A stretch of 64,000 bases of DNA from Naegleria gruberi (Eukaryota): NCBI GenBank assembly GCA_000004985.1, contig GG738921.1; one strand, given 5' to 3'. Position 1 is the first letter of the stretch. Each line of letters opens with the position of its first letter. Below, piece after piece: positions 32,495 through 42,719 of this stretch. The notes under the pieces are model-generated. The model made no database searches. It saw nothing but the letters and a program-made list of their open reading frames with translations, and was not told where the DNA came from. The position numbers and the translations under genes were made by a program.

Positions 32495-33694
32495 ATGTCA
32501 AAACGAGATCGGTCATCTCGCGAGCAAGAGGATGAACAAGAAGGAACTTTGTCTTCGGAAGAAGAAATTTTTGATGATACACCAACATTGATGAAAAATG
32601 ATTTTTCAATGGAAAGGAAGAAGAAAAAAGTAAAACAAGCACCACCCTTTAATCTTGTCAAAATTACGCAAGATTACGATCAATCACATTATAAATGTGT
32701 TCAACTAGGAAATGATTATGATTCATATATGTTATTTTCGGCCAACAAAACGCCAACCAAAGAGATTAAAGAAGTGATATTCATGATGGAAACATTTCTA
32801 CTTATTAGAACAGTTGAAAATAGAATATTTTACATGGATGAAATGATTGCACATGGAGAGGTGGATTGCAGCAAGATCATTGATAAGAGTTCAATTTTGA
32901 AACTTGTGGCAACCTCTTCATCTGCCTATTTACTAACAAAGAGCGGAATTTATGTGTATGCTCGTGGTACTCATTCATTTGAACCTTCCTTTTCAATTGA
33001 AAATCATGATGAGGAGTTTGTTGATATTTCAGCATCTTTTGTTGATAACTTACTGATTCTAACAAGTGAGAATAGAATTTTAACAACTGGTTGGAATAAG
33101 TTTGGAATGTTGGGAGATGGCACAACCAAAAGCAAATATCACTCATTAGTTAATCCTGAAACAAGTCATACTCATCGTGTAAAGATTATAGTGAGTGGAT
33201 CATGCTTTAGTCTTTACACAAGTGGCAGCTCTTTATTTGCATGTGGAGAATTGTATAATATTGGAAGTTCTGCATGTGTCTCCAAGTTTGAAAGACAATC
33301 TCATTTCAAATTCGAAGCGTCAGATGTGGAACAGATCATTGCCAAACCTTTATTTACCTGTTTTTGGACGAAACAACATGATTTACATATTTACGGAAGG
33401 GGATTTTATACCAAACTCAATCTTAATCAAAATATTTACTCAATAGCTGTGCTTTACACCAACATATTCTGCTCATATAAGAATGGAAATGAAATAACAC
33501 AAACAAGACATGAACATGTTTCAAATGGAGAGTTTACAACAGAGGTTGTGACTGGAAAGTATAATGTCAAGTGGTTCAATTCTGTTTGTGTTGGTTCCAA
33601 CTCAATGTTGCTGTTTTTCACAAAACCACAGGAGGAGTCAATATTTAAAAAAGTAATTACCAATTTTTTTGACATCATAGTCGATTCTTCATGA
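32495..33694 (+). CDS. RCC1-like repeat (beta-propeller) protein.
   Basis: ATG at 32495 (MSKRDRSSRE...). Repeats such as TGWNKFGMLGDGTTKSKY and LFACGELYNIGSS fit the RCC1 blade signature. The track ORF start at 32471 is a non-ATG start. Confidence 0.55.
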   Translation: MSKRDRSSREQEDEQEGTLSSEEEIFDDTPTLMKNDFSMERKKKKVKQAPPFNLVKITQDYDQSHYKCVQLGNDYDSYMLFSANKTPTKEIKEVIFMMETFLLIRTVENRIFYMDEMIAHGEVDCSKIIDKSSILKLVATSSSAYLLTKSGIYVYARGTHSFEPSFSIENHDEEFVDISASFVDNLLILTSENRILTTGWNKFGMLGDGTTKSKYHSLVNPETSHTHRVKIIVSGSCFSLYTSGSSLFACGELYNIGSSACVSKFERQSHFKFEASDVEQIIAKPLFTCFWTKQHDLHIYGRGFYTKLNLNQNIYSIAVLYTNIFCSYKNGNEITQTRHEHVSNGEFTTEVVTGKYNVKWFNSVCVGSNSMLLFFTKPQEESIFKKVITNFFDIIVDSS

Positions 33695-34279
33695 CCAGGT
33701 TTCAAATATTTTGCTTTGTCAAAGACGCCCTACTTGAAAATTCAAAATCAAAACGATGAGGCACTGACCATTCCATAATCAAAAGTGTAAAGCACTTGAG
33801 TTTTTAGATGTGTCCTCAATTTTAAATTTTAAGAAATATTCAAAGTTTAAGTAAAATGTACAGTAGTAAGAATGATATAAATTTCTATGCTTTTTTCATA
33901 AAACACATTAATACATGCGTTAAAGATGACATCTAGAGTTAGTCATTTACTAAGATCTGGATCGTAAATAGTTTGGAGATATATCTCCTCTGAGAAGAAA
34001 ATGAACCTCAAGCGTGCGTATTAAAAAACACGTATTGGTTGAAATGAATAACATTCATTCCTTCCTCACGAATGGAAACTTTCTAGAAAGCATAAAGATT
34101 GAAAAAGAGAAACTTCAAGGTTTAGGACTTACCGACAGCTCACTATTCAATGTTTCCATCGCAATAAGACCATTCTACAGTAAATACGCACGCTCCAACA
34201 AGCATCCATAACAATAATTTCCTATAAAAGGAACTTCCGTGTTGAAACAAACTTCCACAACAAAAAAACACAAAAAAAA

Positions 34280-35392
34280 ATGGTCATCCTCTCAAACAGA
34301 AGAATTTTACTTGTTGCTCGTCCGGAAAACACACCAAAATCTGCTCATTTCACACTGAGTGAACCAGTACAGGAAATCAATTCTGAAACTTGCCTAAACG
34401 AAGGTGAAATTCTTGTGAAAACCTTATTCCTCTCAGTGGATCCCTATTTACTCATGCCAATGGGAAGAAAGGGAGTGCATCCTGATGTGGTTCCTAATCA
34501 AACTCCATATCCATTGAAACAATTCAAGGATGCAGCAATTATTGCCAATGTTGGAGATGTGTTTGGAGGAAGAGGTGTTGGACACGTGGTTGCCACCAAA
34601 CATGATGATTACAAGGTTGGAGATTTGGTTGCTGCTGATTATAGATGGCAAGAATATGCAATTATTAGTGTAAAATCAGAGTTGACTTTTGAAAAATTGG
34701 AAAATGAAATATTTAGTCAAGTTTCTCCATCAACTGCTTTGGGTGTTTTGGGAGTGAGTGGTTCCCATGCATTGTGGGGTTTCAATTTCGTCCTTCCAAA
34801 AGATGAGAAACCAATCGAAGGAAAGACAATTGTTGTGAGTGCTGCAGCTGGTAGTATTGGACTAACTGTTGCTCAATTGGCCAAAAACAAGGGTTTCCGT
34901 GTGGTTGGTATTGCAGGAGGTGAAGAAAAGTGTGAGAAATTGATTTCTGAATTTAAATTGGATGCCGTAGTTGATTACAAAAAGGCAAATGGTGACTTGA
35001 CCTTACTTAGTCAATTATTGAAAGAAGCAGCTCCAAATGGAGTAGATGCATTCTTTGATAATGTAGGAGGATTGGTTGCTGATGCAGTTTATGAAAATCT
35101 CAATTTGAATGCAAGAGTTTATTTTTGTGGAGCTATTTCACAATATGGAGAAGGAAAATCAGTTTTAGCTCCAGAGAAATACACAAATAATCCAAATATT
35201 ACAAGTATTACATGTTTACAAGCTGATTATATTAATAATATTCCACAAGCAAGAAGAGAACTCTTTGAATTGATTCAAAAAGGTCAATTGAAACCAGTTG
35301 AGTGGATTACTAAGGGAATTGAACAAACTCCAAAAGTTTTTGAGGAGATGTATGCTGGAAGAAACTTTGGTAAAACACTTATTCAAATTTAA
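34280..35392 (+). CDS. NADP-dependent medium-chain oxidoreductase of the prostaglandin reductase 1 / leukotriene B4 12-hydroxydehydrogenase family.
   Basis: 370 aa. Rossmann segment VVSAAAGSIGLTVAQLAKNKGFRVVGIAGGEEK. The overall pattern matches PTGR1/ZADH-type MDR enzymes. Single exon. Confidence 0.85.
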   Translation: MVILSNRRILLVARPENTPKSAHFTLSEPVQEINSETCLNEGEILVKTLFLSVDPYLLMPMGRKGVHPDVVPNQTPYPLKQFKDAAIIANVGDVFGGRGVGHVVATKHDDYKVGDLVAADYRWQEYAIISVKSELTFEKLENEIFSQVSPSTALGVLGVSGSHALWGFNFVLPKDEKPIEGKTIVVSAAAGSIGLTVAQLAKNKGFRVVGIAGGEEKCEKLISEFKLDAVVDYKKANGDLTLLSQLLKEAAPNGVDAFFDNVGGLVADAVYENLNLNARVYFCGAISQYGEGKSVLAPEKYTNNPNITSITCLQADYINNIPQARRELFELIQKGQLKPVEWITKGIEQTPKVFEEMYAGRNFGKTLIQI

Positions 35393-35636
35393 ACTCTTAT
35401 TTTCTATTTCAATAAATTACAAAATTTGTTTCACATTAGAAATTGTAATAATTTTACATAAAAAATAAGGAAATACTTTTAAATAATAGTAATTTTAGTG
35501 ATCTATACAATATATTTCCTATTACTAAATCAAATCTATCCACAATACTACCTTTCGAACAAACTTTACAATAAAAAATAATTTTTGGAAGAATCTCTTT
35601 ATTAAAGCAGACTAAAAAATAACAAATCAATAAATC

Positions 35637-36026
35637 TTAATAAGCTTCATCTTCATTAATATCCTCATCATCCTCACCAATATCTTCCATATTATCTTCA
35701 TCAATATTTTCAAAATTAGAACTTTCATCAGTTGGTAAAGAATCAAGTGTATCCAAAACTTCTCCTTCATCACTCAAAGTTTCTGCTTCAAGATTTTGTT
35801 CAAGAGCAGCTTCTTCTTCTTCCTCACCTTCGGAATTTTCAGTATTTGATTCAGTTGATGCCTCGGCAGTGTCAAGACTGTCAAGTGTCATTTCTTCTTC
35901 AGTTCCATCGAGGAGAGCAACTGATTCAGCGGAAACAACATTTGATGTAGAAGTTGTGGAGAAGAAACCGCTGATTAAGAAGAGGGTTAATAATAACAAG
36001 GAAAAGACAAGAAAACGTTTGTTCAT
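35637..36026 (-). CDS. Small secreted acidic protein (129 aa).
   Basis: N-terminal signal peptide MNKRFLVFSLLLLTLFLISGFFS. The rest is E/D/S/T-rich. Confidence 0.45.
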   Translation of the reverse strand: MNKRFLVFSLLLLTLFLISGFFSTTSTSNVVSAESVALLDGTEEEMTLDSLDTAEASTESNTENSEGEEEEEAALEQNLEAETLSDEGEVLDTLDSLPTDESSNFENIDEDNMEDIGEDDEDINEDEAY

Positions 36027-36511
36027 TTTTTTTTGATAGTGAAATTTGATGTCTGACAGAAAATCGAGTCAACTTTCTGACCTAACAGAGCAGATTTATG
36101 TTTCATGATAATTATTAGAGAATGGACAAGGTGTTTTATTGGATTTTTAATTAAATTGTAAATTTTCTTTATTTAATAAAAAATCAAAAATTCAAAAATG
36201 GAAATTTTGAAATTGTAATTTTGATTTGGAATTGCTGATGACAAAGCAATGATGTAACAACATGATCAATCTCTTATCAATTACTACATCCAATTATTGA
36301 AAGTAAACTAATTTTATCTTTCGAATAATTTAGTTTACGTTTCGAATACATTTACCAGTTGAAACTTTATCTGTGAATTTTCCAACTGATGGCTTCCTTT
36401 TCCATACCAACCGTCTGTTCGAGTGTCAAATTGCACCTGTCATCAATTCAAAAAACATTAAAAAAAAATATTTCGTCGTCGTTCTTCTAACAAATAACAC
36501 AATCATCAAAA

Positions 36512-37492
36512 ATGGGTAATGTCATTCCTGTTAACACTCTCTTCTTGGGTATCGATGGAGCTGGTAAAGTAAGTAACATGAAATCTTTACATTTCGTCTA
36601 ATGTGTAAACTAATGTTTAAACTAATGTGTGTAAACTAAACTTTAGACCACCATCATCAACACTGGTATGAACAAATTCAAACAATTAAAACAAGAGCAA
36701 ATTGATGCTATACAACCAACTTTGGGACATGATTCAAAGAGATTTACAGTGGAAGGAGTTGAATTTATTTCATGGGATGTAAGTATTTGAAGAATTGAAC
36801 AAGTTTTCTAATAGTAGAAATTGTCATTGATTGAATGGTGTTGTTGTTTTGTTCATTGACTGCTCCAATAACAATAATAATAACAAATGTCATGTTGACG
36901 TGTAAAAAACTCGAAATCTTTGGATGATTTGAAAAAATATTAAAAAATTCGTGATGATATGAAAAATGGATTCGATTCTTGGCCATGACATGAATTTTTC
37001 TCACTATTTCTCACCACCATTGACAATACCACAACAACACATTGAACAATTCAATCACGACCACTTTGTTGCTTCCTATAGTTCCCTGGCAAGGAACAAC
37101 TTCGTTCCACATGGACTTCCTACTATAAACATGCTCAAGTCATTGTCTTTGTTGTTGACAGCTCTGATAGTGATGAACGTTTAGAAGAAGTTAAGGAAAT
37201 TCTCCACTCCATCATTCAAAATGTCCAATTACGTGAATGTTTGTTGTTGATTTTGGGTAACAAACAAGATTTGAATTCCACTAGAAATTTGGATAAATTG
37301 AAGGATACTCTCGGATTAGGAGGTAATTTAAGTGGATTACGTGATCGTACTTGGAAGATACTTACTTGTACTGCCAAAACTGGAGATGGTTTGGAAGATG
37401 CTTTCAAATGGTTGTCAACTGAAACAATGAAGGCCTATAAAAAGAGAGAAAGCAAGAAGAAGGAAGAAAAGAAGGAAGAAACTAAAAAATAA
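36512..37492 (+). CDS. ARF-like (ARL) small GTPase. Three exons: join(36512..36568, 36647..36778, 37082..37492).
   Basis: MGNVIP (a Gly2 myristoylation candidate). G1 GIDGAGKTT, G4 NKQD, G5 CTAKTG. The switch II motif reads WD|FPGKEQLR instead of WDvGGQ, so the catalytic Gln is absent. Intron 1 is 78 nt. Intron 2 is about 303 nt, which is unusually long for this window. Confidence 0.7.
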
Positions 37493-37880
37493 TTGAACTA
37501 AGATGTTGTATTTCAATAAATCTAATTGTTAAATATCAAGACAGAGATCAATCGGTTTTAATTGAATATTGGGAGAAATATCCTATTGTTTCAAAGAAAA
37601 ACATGTTTAGGATAAATATTGAACTGAACTAAAATGTGATATCATAACAAGATGACACTTTGTTGAAAAATTTTAGTGCCATCTCACAGATTTGATCTCT
37701 CTTTCAACAATGCACCAATTGGATAACATTCTTTACAATTCAAATTCATCCCAATTTTTTGGTGCATTTTCCAATTTGAAATCCAAGTTCCAAACGAAAT
37801 TTAAAAATTCATCAAAAATTCCAAAAAATTCATAAAAAAAAATTCAAAACTTGAAATTTTCATCATTTCACTAATATAAA

Positions 37881-38988
37881 ATGTCTGCTCAATCCATTAG
37901 CTTTTCCAAGTATACAAAATTCGACAATCACTACAGAAAACAATACGTCGAATCGATCAAGACCCAAAATGAAGAGATGAGCAAGAAATTAAATCATCCA
38001 ATGGAATGGTATTGCTCCGAGAAGGTTCATGGTTGTAATTTGAGCTTTATTGTTGATAGAGTAAGGCAATCAGAGTATAAAGTAGAGGTTGCTAATCGTT
38101 CATGTGTTCTTTCACAATCATCAATGAGCTTTTATCCAAAAACAATTGAACAGTTGGAGAAAAAGTTTGAGTGGTGAATTGAATGAACAATTGAAATTGA
38201 AGAGTGTTCAAATTTATGGTGAATTATTTGGTGGATTATTCCCAAATAAGAAACCTTCAGATGCTAAGGCAATTCAAAGTGGAATTCACTATTGTCCACA
38301 TCATGATTTTTATGCTTTTGATGTTCTTCTCGGATTTGAGAATGGAAAACAATCTTGGGCTGTTTTTAACAATGTTGATCCATTGTTGGATGAGTGTGGA
38401 TTCAAAGTGAGAGCTCAACCATTGTTTAAGGGAACTTTGGACGAATGTTTGGAGTTTGATGTTAAATTTAACACTAAATTACCAGAAACTTTCTATCCAG
38501 AAATTGTAAAGGAAAGAAATGCTTCCTGGAAGGATTTGGATAATATTTGTGAAGGTGTTGTCATCAAACCAACCAAGTACAATATCTTTGTGGAAACTGA
38601 AAGAGCTGTAATCAAGAAGAAGAATGAAAAATTCTTGGAAACTGAAGCTAGTGATAAACCACAACAACCAGTGAAAAAGGAAAAGGGTGACTCTGAAGAG
38701 CTAGTTCAGGTATGGAATGAACTCTCACGATACATTACCTCCAATCGTTTGGATAATGTTCTCTCAAAGATTGGAAACCTCACCAAGAGTAACATGTTCC
38801 CAGTTATGAAGGAATTCTCAAATGATGCCCTCGAAGAATTTAAATTAGATTTGGAACGTGGTGCTTTGGAAAATTGTAAACCAGTTTCTTCACTTTCAAG
38901 TGAAGATCAGAAAAAGCTCACTAAAAAGATCAATGATGCTTGTATGGTTTTAATTAAGGAACAATTAAACAAACCATCATCAGAATAA
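37881..38988 (+). CDS. T4 Rnl2-family (ATP-dependent) RNA ligase. The reading frame is interrupted once near 38150-38177.
   Basis: MSAQSISFSKYTKFDNHYRKQYVESI...MEWYCSEKVHGCNLSF aligns with T4 Rnl2 [20 protein letters not shown]...GEWVAREKIHGTNFSL. Motif I Lys is at 38022-38024. Downstream VQIYGELFGG...IHYCPHHDFYAFDV aligns with YQVFGEFAGPGIQK..DYCDKDFYVFDI. C-terminal NRLDNVLSKIGNLTKSNMFPVMKEF aligns with NRVNNVISKIGEIGPKDFGKVMGL. Frame 0 ends ...EKKFEW* at 38177. Frame 1 opens at 38128 and carries the rest. The shift lies at or near the run GGAGAAAAAG (38156-38165). Confidence 0.75.
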
Positions 38989-39098
38989 AGTGCAAGTTGA
39001 CTATTTCGAATAAAAGTGGTGTTACTGAAATAATTTACAATTTTTTGTTTTTTGAATACAAATTGCAATTTATTGATTATTTACCATACAATAACCAT

Positions 39099-39386
39099 TC
39101 AATAATTACGGTGTTTACCCTCATAGGTATGATAAACCTCTACTCTGTCTTGTTGTGGTACAGTATCGCTTCTTTTTTGATGGTCTGGAAAGTTTTGTAG
39201 GTGTTGTCTTAAATTGCCATGAATGTTACCAGTGGCAGCACACTTATGTCCTTGTGGGGTTTGACTACTAATGGGGTTATTTTGAGATTTAATTTGACTA
39301 CTTGTTTGGGAGTTATTTTGAGATTTAATTTGGCTACTTGTTTGGGAGTTATTTTGGCGACCAGTTTGGGATTTATGTTGAGTCAT
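39099..39386 (-). CDS. Small S/Q/N-rich protein with a 12-aa tandem repeat (NNSQTSSQIKSQ x about 3), hypothetical.
   Basis: The ORF overlaps a 36-nt DNA tandem repeat. Low complexity. Confidence 0.3.
   Translation of the reverse strand: MTQHKSQTGRQNNSQTSSQIKSQNNSQTSSQIKSQNNPISSQTPQGHKCAATGNIHGNLRQHLQNFPDHQKRSDTVPQQDRVEVYHTYEGKHRNY
39281..39376. repeat. Tandem repeat: a 36-nt unit (GGGAGTTATTTTGAGATTTAATTTGGCTACTTGTTT) in about 2.7 copies.
   Basis: Copies begin at 39281, 39317 and 39353 (the third is partial). Two substitutions between copies 1 and 2. Confidence 0.7.
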
Positions 39387-39624
39387 TTTGTTTCTGGCTT
39401 GTTTTATTTATTTTAACATACCACGTTTAACATCAAAACTTTTATTATAAAGAACTTTTGAGCCAAAAGGGAGACTTCATTTTTGGACAATTTCTTAATT
39501 TATGAAATTACTAGCTCAAGAGAAGCCCAAGACGAGTCAAGGATTTATTTGGTGTTGGTGAGCCTTTAAATTGAACCAATGACAATAAGGATATTGTTAA
39601 GAAATTTTAAAAAATCAGAAAAAA

Positions 39625-41562
39625 ATGCTCAACACTGAAACCAAGCTAACCTTCCATCATGCAATTTTCGAATTATCGGAAGGCTACTTTTTCATTGATC
39701 AAATTCTTCCATTCTTTTCTTTCAATGATTTGGAAAATTTATTTCTCACCTCCAAACATATTGCCGAGTTGGTGAGCAGACAACATCACATTGATTATTT
39801 AGCTGTTTTTAATGCTGGACTTGCACATTATTCATCATCGGGGAATCGGAATAGATGGATTGATTCAACTCCTCCGAATGAATTTCCATCACTGCTGCAA
39901 TTTGCAAATGGAATAAAAGTGATGATTGAAGCAGAGGGATCATGGCTGATTGAATATATTATTGGTTATTGTCGGAAGGTGAATAAGTTATTCAGTATTT
40001 CATATGATAAATATATTTATAATTGGTCACAAATGGATTTATCACTGATTAAGAATATTGAGGAGTTTGGACTTGTCAGGTTGGACATGTATAATTTTCC
40101 AAAATTTATGCCATTGTTTGAGGGAAAGAAAGTGAAACAGATTAAATTATCTATGGGATATATTTATCAAGATATCTTTGAACAGACTAGACCTGTTTTA
40201 GATAAGATCAATTTCAAGGAATTATATTATTCCATTTCATGGGTTTCTTCATTTAATATACTGAGTGAAGGTCTATCTAAGGAAGATTTAGATTTTAGAA
40301 ACAAGATAAAGATTTCAGTAGGTGATGTCGGGATAGATCAACACCATTATAGTTCGCTGAAAAACATTTCTAAATGTTTCGAGTTTAGTTCAATTACAAT
40401 TGAGAATGCTACAAAAAAAGAGGAGGATTATAGCGACCACAAATTTGACCTATTTTCAAAATCATACACCTTGAAAGCAGCTTTTTTAACCAAAGTACAG
40501 TCACTTGCATTGCCTAAATTCTCAAATACTGAGCCTTCAGCAATAGAAATGCATAATATTGAATTAGCTCTCAATAGTGCAAACATTGATACTTTTCATG
40601 TGCTACACACGACGAAATATTTAACAGAATTGAAATTGCAGGACTGTCACATTGATTTTTCAGATATTGATGCAATTGACTTGAAATTATTGAATAATAT
40701 GGTTTTGAATAGATGTAAATTTGTAAAGAATGGAAAACAATCAAATTTGGAATTTATTGAATGTATTAGTGCACCTAAACTCACAAATCTAACATGTGGT
40801 GACCTGTCGTTAAAATCAATTCCAATGATTTCAAAGAGTATCACCACTTTAAAATTAGGCAAGAATGAAATTGAAAATATCGAATTGGAAAGGTTAGATT
40901 CTATGAAAGGATTGACTAGTTTGGATTTATCAAATAACAAGTTAAATGATTTAAAAAACGTTCAGTCGATTATTGGAAAATTCAAGGACCTGAAATTGAA
41001 TGGAAATCCAATCTTTAAACGTATGATGATTAACAAAAACAAACTAGAATTTATTAACGATGACTGTAAACATGATGTTAAAAGATCGAGTAAGCTAAAC
41101 ACAAAACCAAAATTTTCTGGAACAGATGTGGAAATTATCAAACAATTCAGAATCATTATCTCTCAGAGAGATTATCCACACTGTGTTGAAAGGAAGGATT
41201 TTCTTAAACTAATTTCAAATCCAAAAAAACCAAACAGCTTGGACGAAACAAATGTGATTTTCTGGAACCATCACTACAGCAACAGTCAAACATCATTGTC
41301 AAAAGATGGAAATACCACATTTGTTGGAACTAATTTTACAAGCTTTTGTCAAGTTGCCATCTATCTAAACAATTATTTACAACACGAGTTTTGCTCTAAA
41401 TGGTATTTTTTCGGTATTAATGGAACAGATAATATTGAGCCACTGCATAATAGAGAATTGCTAAATGAGGTGTCCTATATTGTGCATGAATGGTCCTTTG
41501 TTTCCTCTCACATTGAATTTGTTAGAGAATTGAGAAGAAAATATCCTTCGAATTCTTTCTAA
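39625..41562 (+). CDS. Leucine-rich-repeat protein (645 aa) with a possible N-terminal F-box-like region.
   Basis: N-terminal ILPFFSFNDLENLFLTSKHIAELV (F-box-like). LRR consensus in LTSLDLSNNKLNDLKNVQSIIGKFKDLKLNGNPI. Single exon. Confidence 0.55.
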   Translation: MLNTETKLTFHHAIFELSEGYFFIDQILPFFSFNDLENLFLTSKHIAELVSRQHHIDYLAVFNAGLAHYSSSGNRNRWIDSTPPNEFPSLLQFANGIKVMIEAEGSWLIEYIIGYCRKVNKLFSISYDKYIYNWSQMDLSLIKNIEEFGLVRLDMYNFPKFMPLFEGKKVKQIKLSMGYIYQDIFEQTRPVLDKINFKELYYSISWVSSFNILSEGLSKEDLDFRNKIKISVGDVGIDQHHYSSLKNISKCFEFSSITIENATKKEEDYSDHKFDLFSKSYTLKAAFLTKVQSLALPKFSNTEPSAIEMHNIELALNSANIDTFHVLHTTKYLTELKLQDCHIDFSDIDAIDLKLLNNMVLNRCKFVKNGKQSNLEFIECISAPKLTNLTCGDLSLKSIPMISKSITTLKLGKNEIENIELERLDSMKGLTSLDLSNNKLNDLKNVQSIIGKFKDLKLNGNPIFKRMMINKNKLEFINDDCKHDVKRSSKLNTKPKFSGTDVEIIKQFRIIISQRDYPHCVERKDFLKLISNPKKPNSLDETNVIFWNHHYSNSQTSLSKDGNTTFVGTNFTSFCQVAIYLNNYLQHEFCSKWYFFGINGTDNIEPLHNRELLNEVSYIVHEWSFVSSHIEFVRELRRKYPSNSF

Positions 41563-41601
41563 TAAATTGGATTCTAATATTTTTCAGTTATTTCGAATAA
41601 A

Positions 41602-42484
41602 TTAAACTTTATTATCAGCTCCGTAAGGTTGATTTGGTTGGGCATAATAATTAGGTTGTGGATCCACAACTCCTGGTTGACCATATCCTTGATTAGCAGT
41701 AGGATATGGTTGACCATAACCACCTTGTGGTTGTCCATAGCTTTGATTAGGATTATAAGGTTGAGCTGTTTGATTTGGATTATACGGTTGACCATAACCT
41801 GGTTGACCATAAACCTCTGATGATGGATTGTAATAAGGTTGTTGTTGACCTACTACTGGTGGTTGTGTTTGATTTGAATAATAAGGAGTTGAAGTGTAAC
41901 CACCTGGTTGTTGAACTGCCAAATTTGGTTGCATTTGGCCAACTGTTGTCGTGGTTGATTGAACAGTTGTGGTTGCAACTGGGATTGGAGTGGTGACAGT
42001 TGTGGCAGCTGCCAAATCACTTCTTGACATACCATCTGCGATATTCTTCATGATAATGAACATTCGAATACCTGCAATGACGGACGAAATTCCAGCAATG
42101 ATCAATACAATGCCAATAACACCCAAAACAATTGGAGTGGTAATTCCAGAGCATGATGTGCTGGAATTGGTTGTCACAGCAAGACATGCTATAATGAATA
42201 CAAAGTTTAGTCAAGTTTCGAATAATTTCAAAAATTGATTATTAGAAACAAGATAATGAATTAGTTTTCAACAGATCAACAAGAAACCTACCTGCATACA
42301 ATGCACCAACGGCAATCGCAGCAATTCCTAGAGCAATACCAATCAAGATGGAAACAACTCCTGAGATAATTGTGGCAAGTGGTTTAGTTCTTCTGTTTCC
42401 AATAACTATTCCTCCTCCTACGTGATGATTTACATGATGATGGTGATGATGACCGTGTCGTCCATGGTGATGGTGGTGAGCCAT
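41602..42484 (-). CDS. Membrane protein with a polyHis N-terminus, two TM helices, and a C-terminal (GYGQP/YNPNQ)n Tyr/Gln/Pro-rich repeat tail. Two exons: join(41602..42188, 42292..42484).
   Basis: Exon 1 encodes MAHHHHHGRHGHHHHHHVNHH followed by the TM helix IISGVVSILIGIALGIAAIAVGALYA. The intron is 103 nt (GTAGGT...TATAG). Exon 2 encodes a second TM helix (IVLGVIGIVLIIAGISSVIAGI) and then QPGYGQPYNPNQ-type repeats. Confidence 0.5.
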
Positions 42485-42719
42485 GCGTTGTGTTTCGTTT
42501 CGTTTTTTTTGTTGGAATGTTTATTGGAAACTGGGTGATGTACTTGCCAGGTATGGGTTGAAAGGGAGTTCCAATGTTGTTTCTATTTGATGAGGATCTT
42601 ATTGTAATCATTGATTTGTAATTTCCTCATACTGATCCAGTGTGGATATTCGAAAGTTCAATACTAACTTGGAAAATTAACATAAATTTATAATTTTCTT
42701 AAATATTCCAATTTCATTT

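Noticed and set aside
36779-37081. Box C/D snoRNA in the long ARL intron.
   Set aside because: A perfect box C-like GTGATGA is present, but there is no CTGA box D and no terminal stem. It is kept only as a low-confidence note in a finding.
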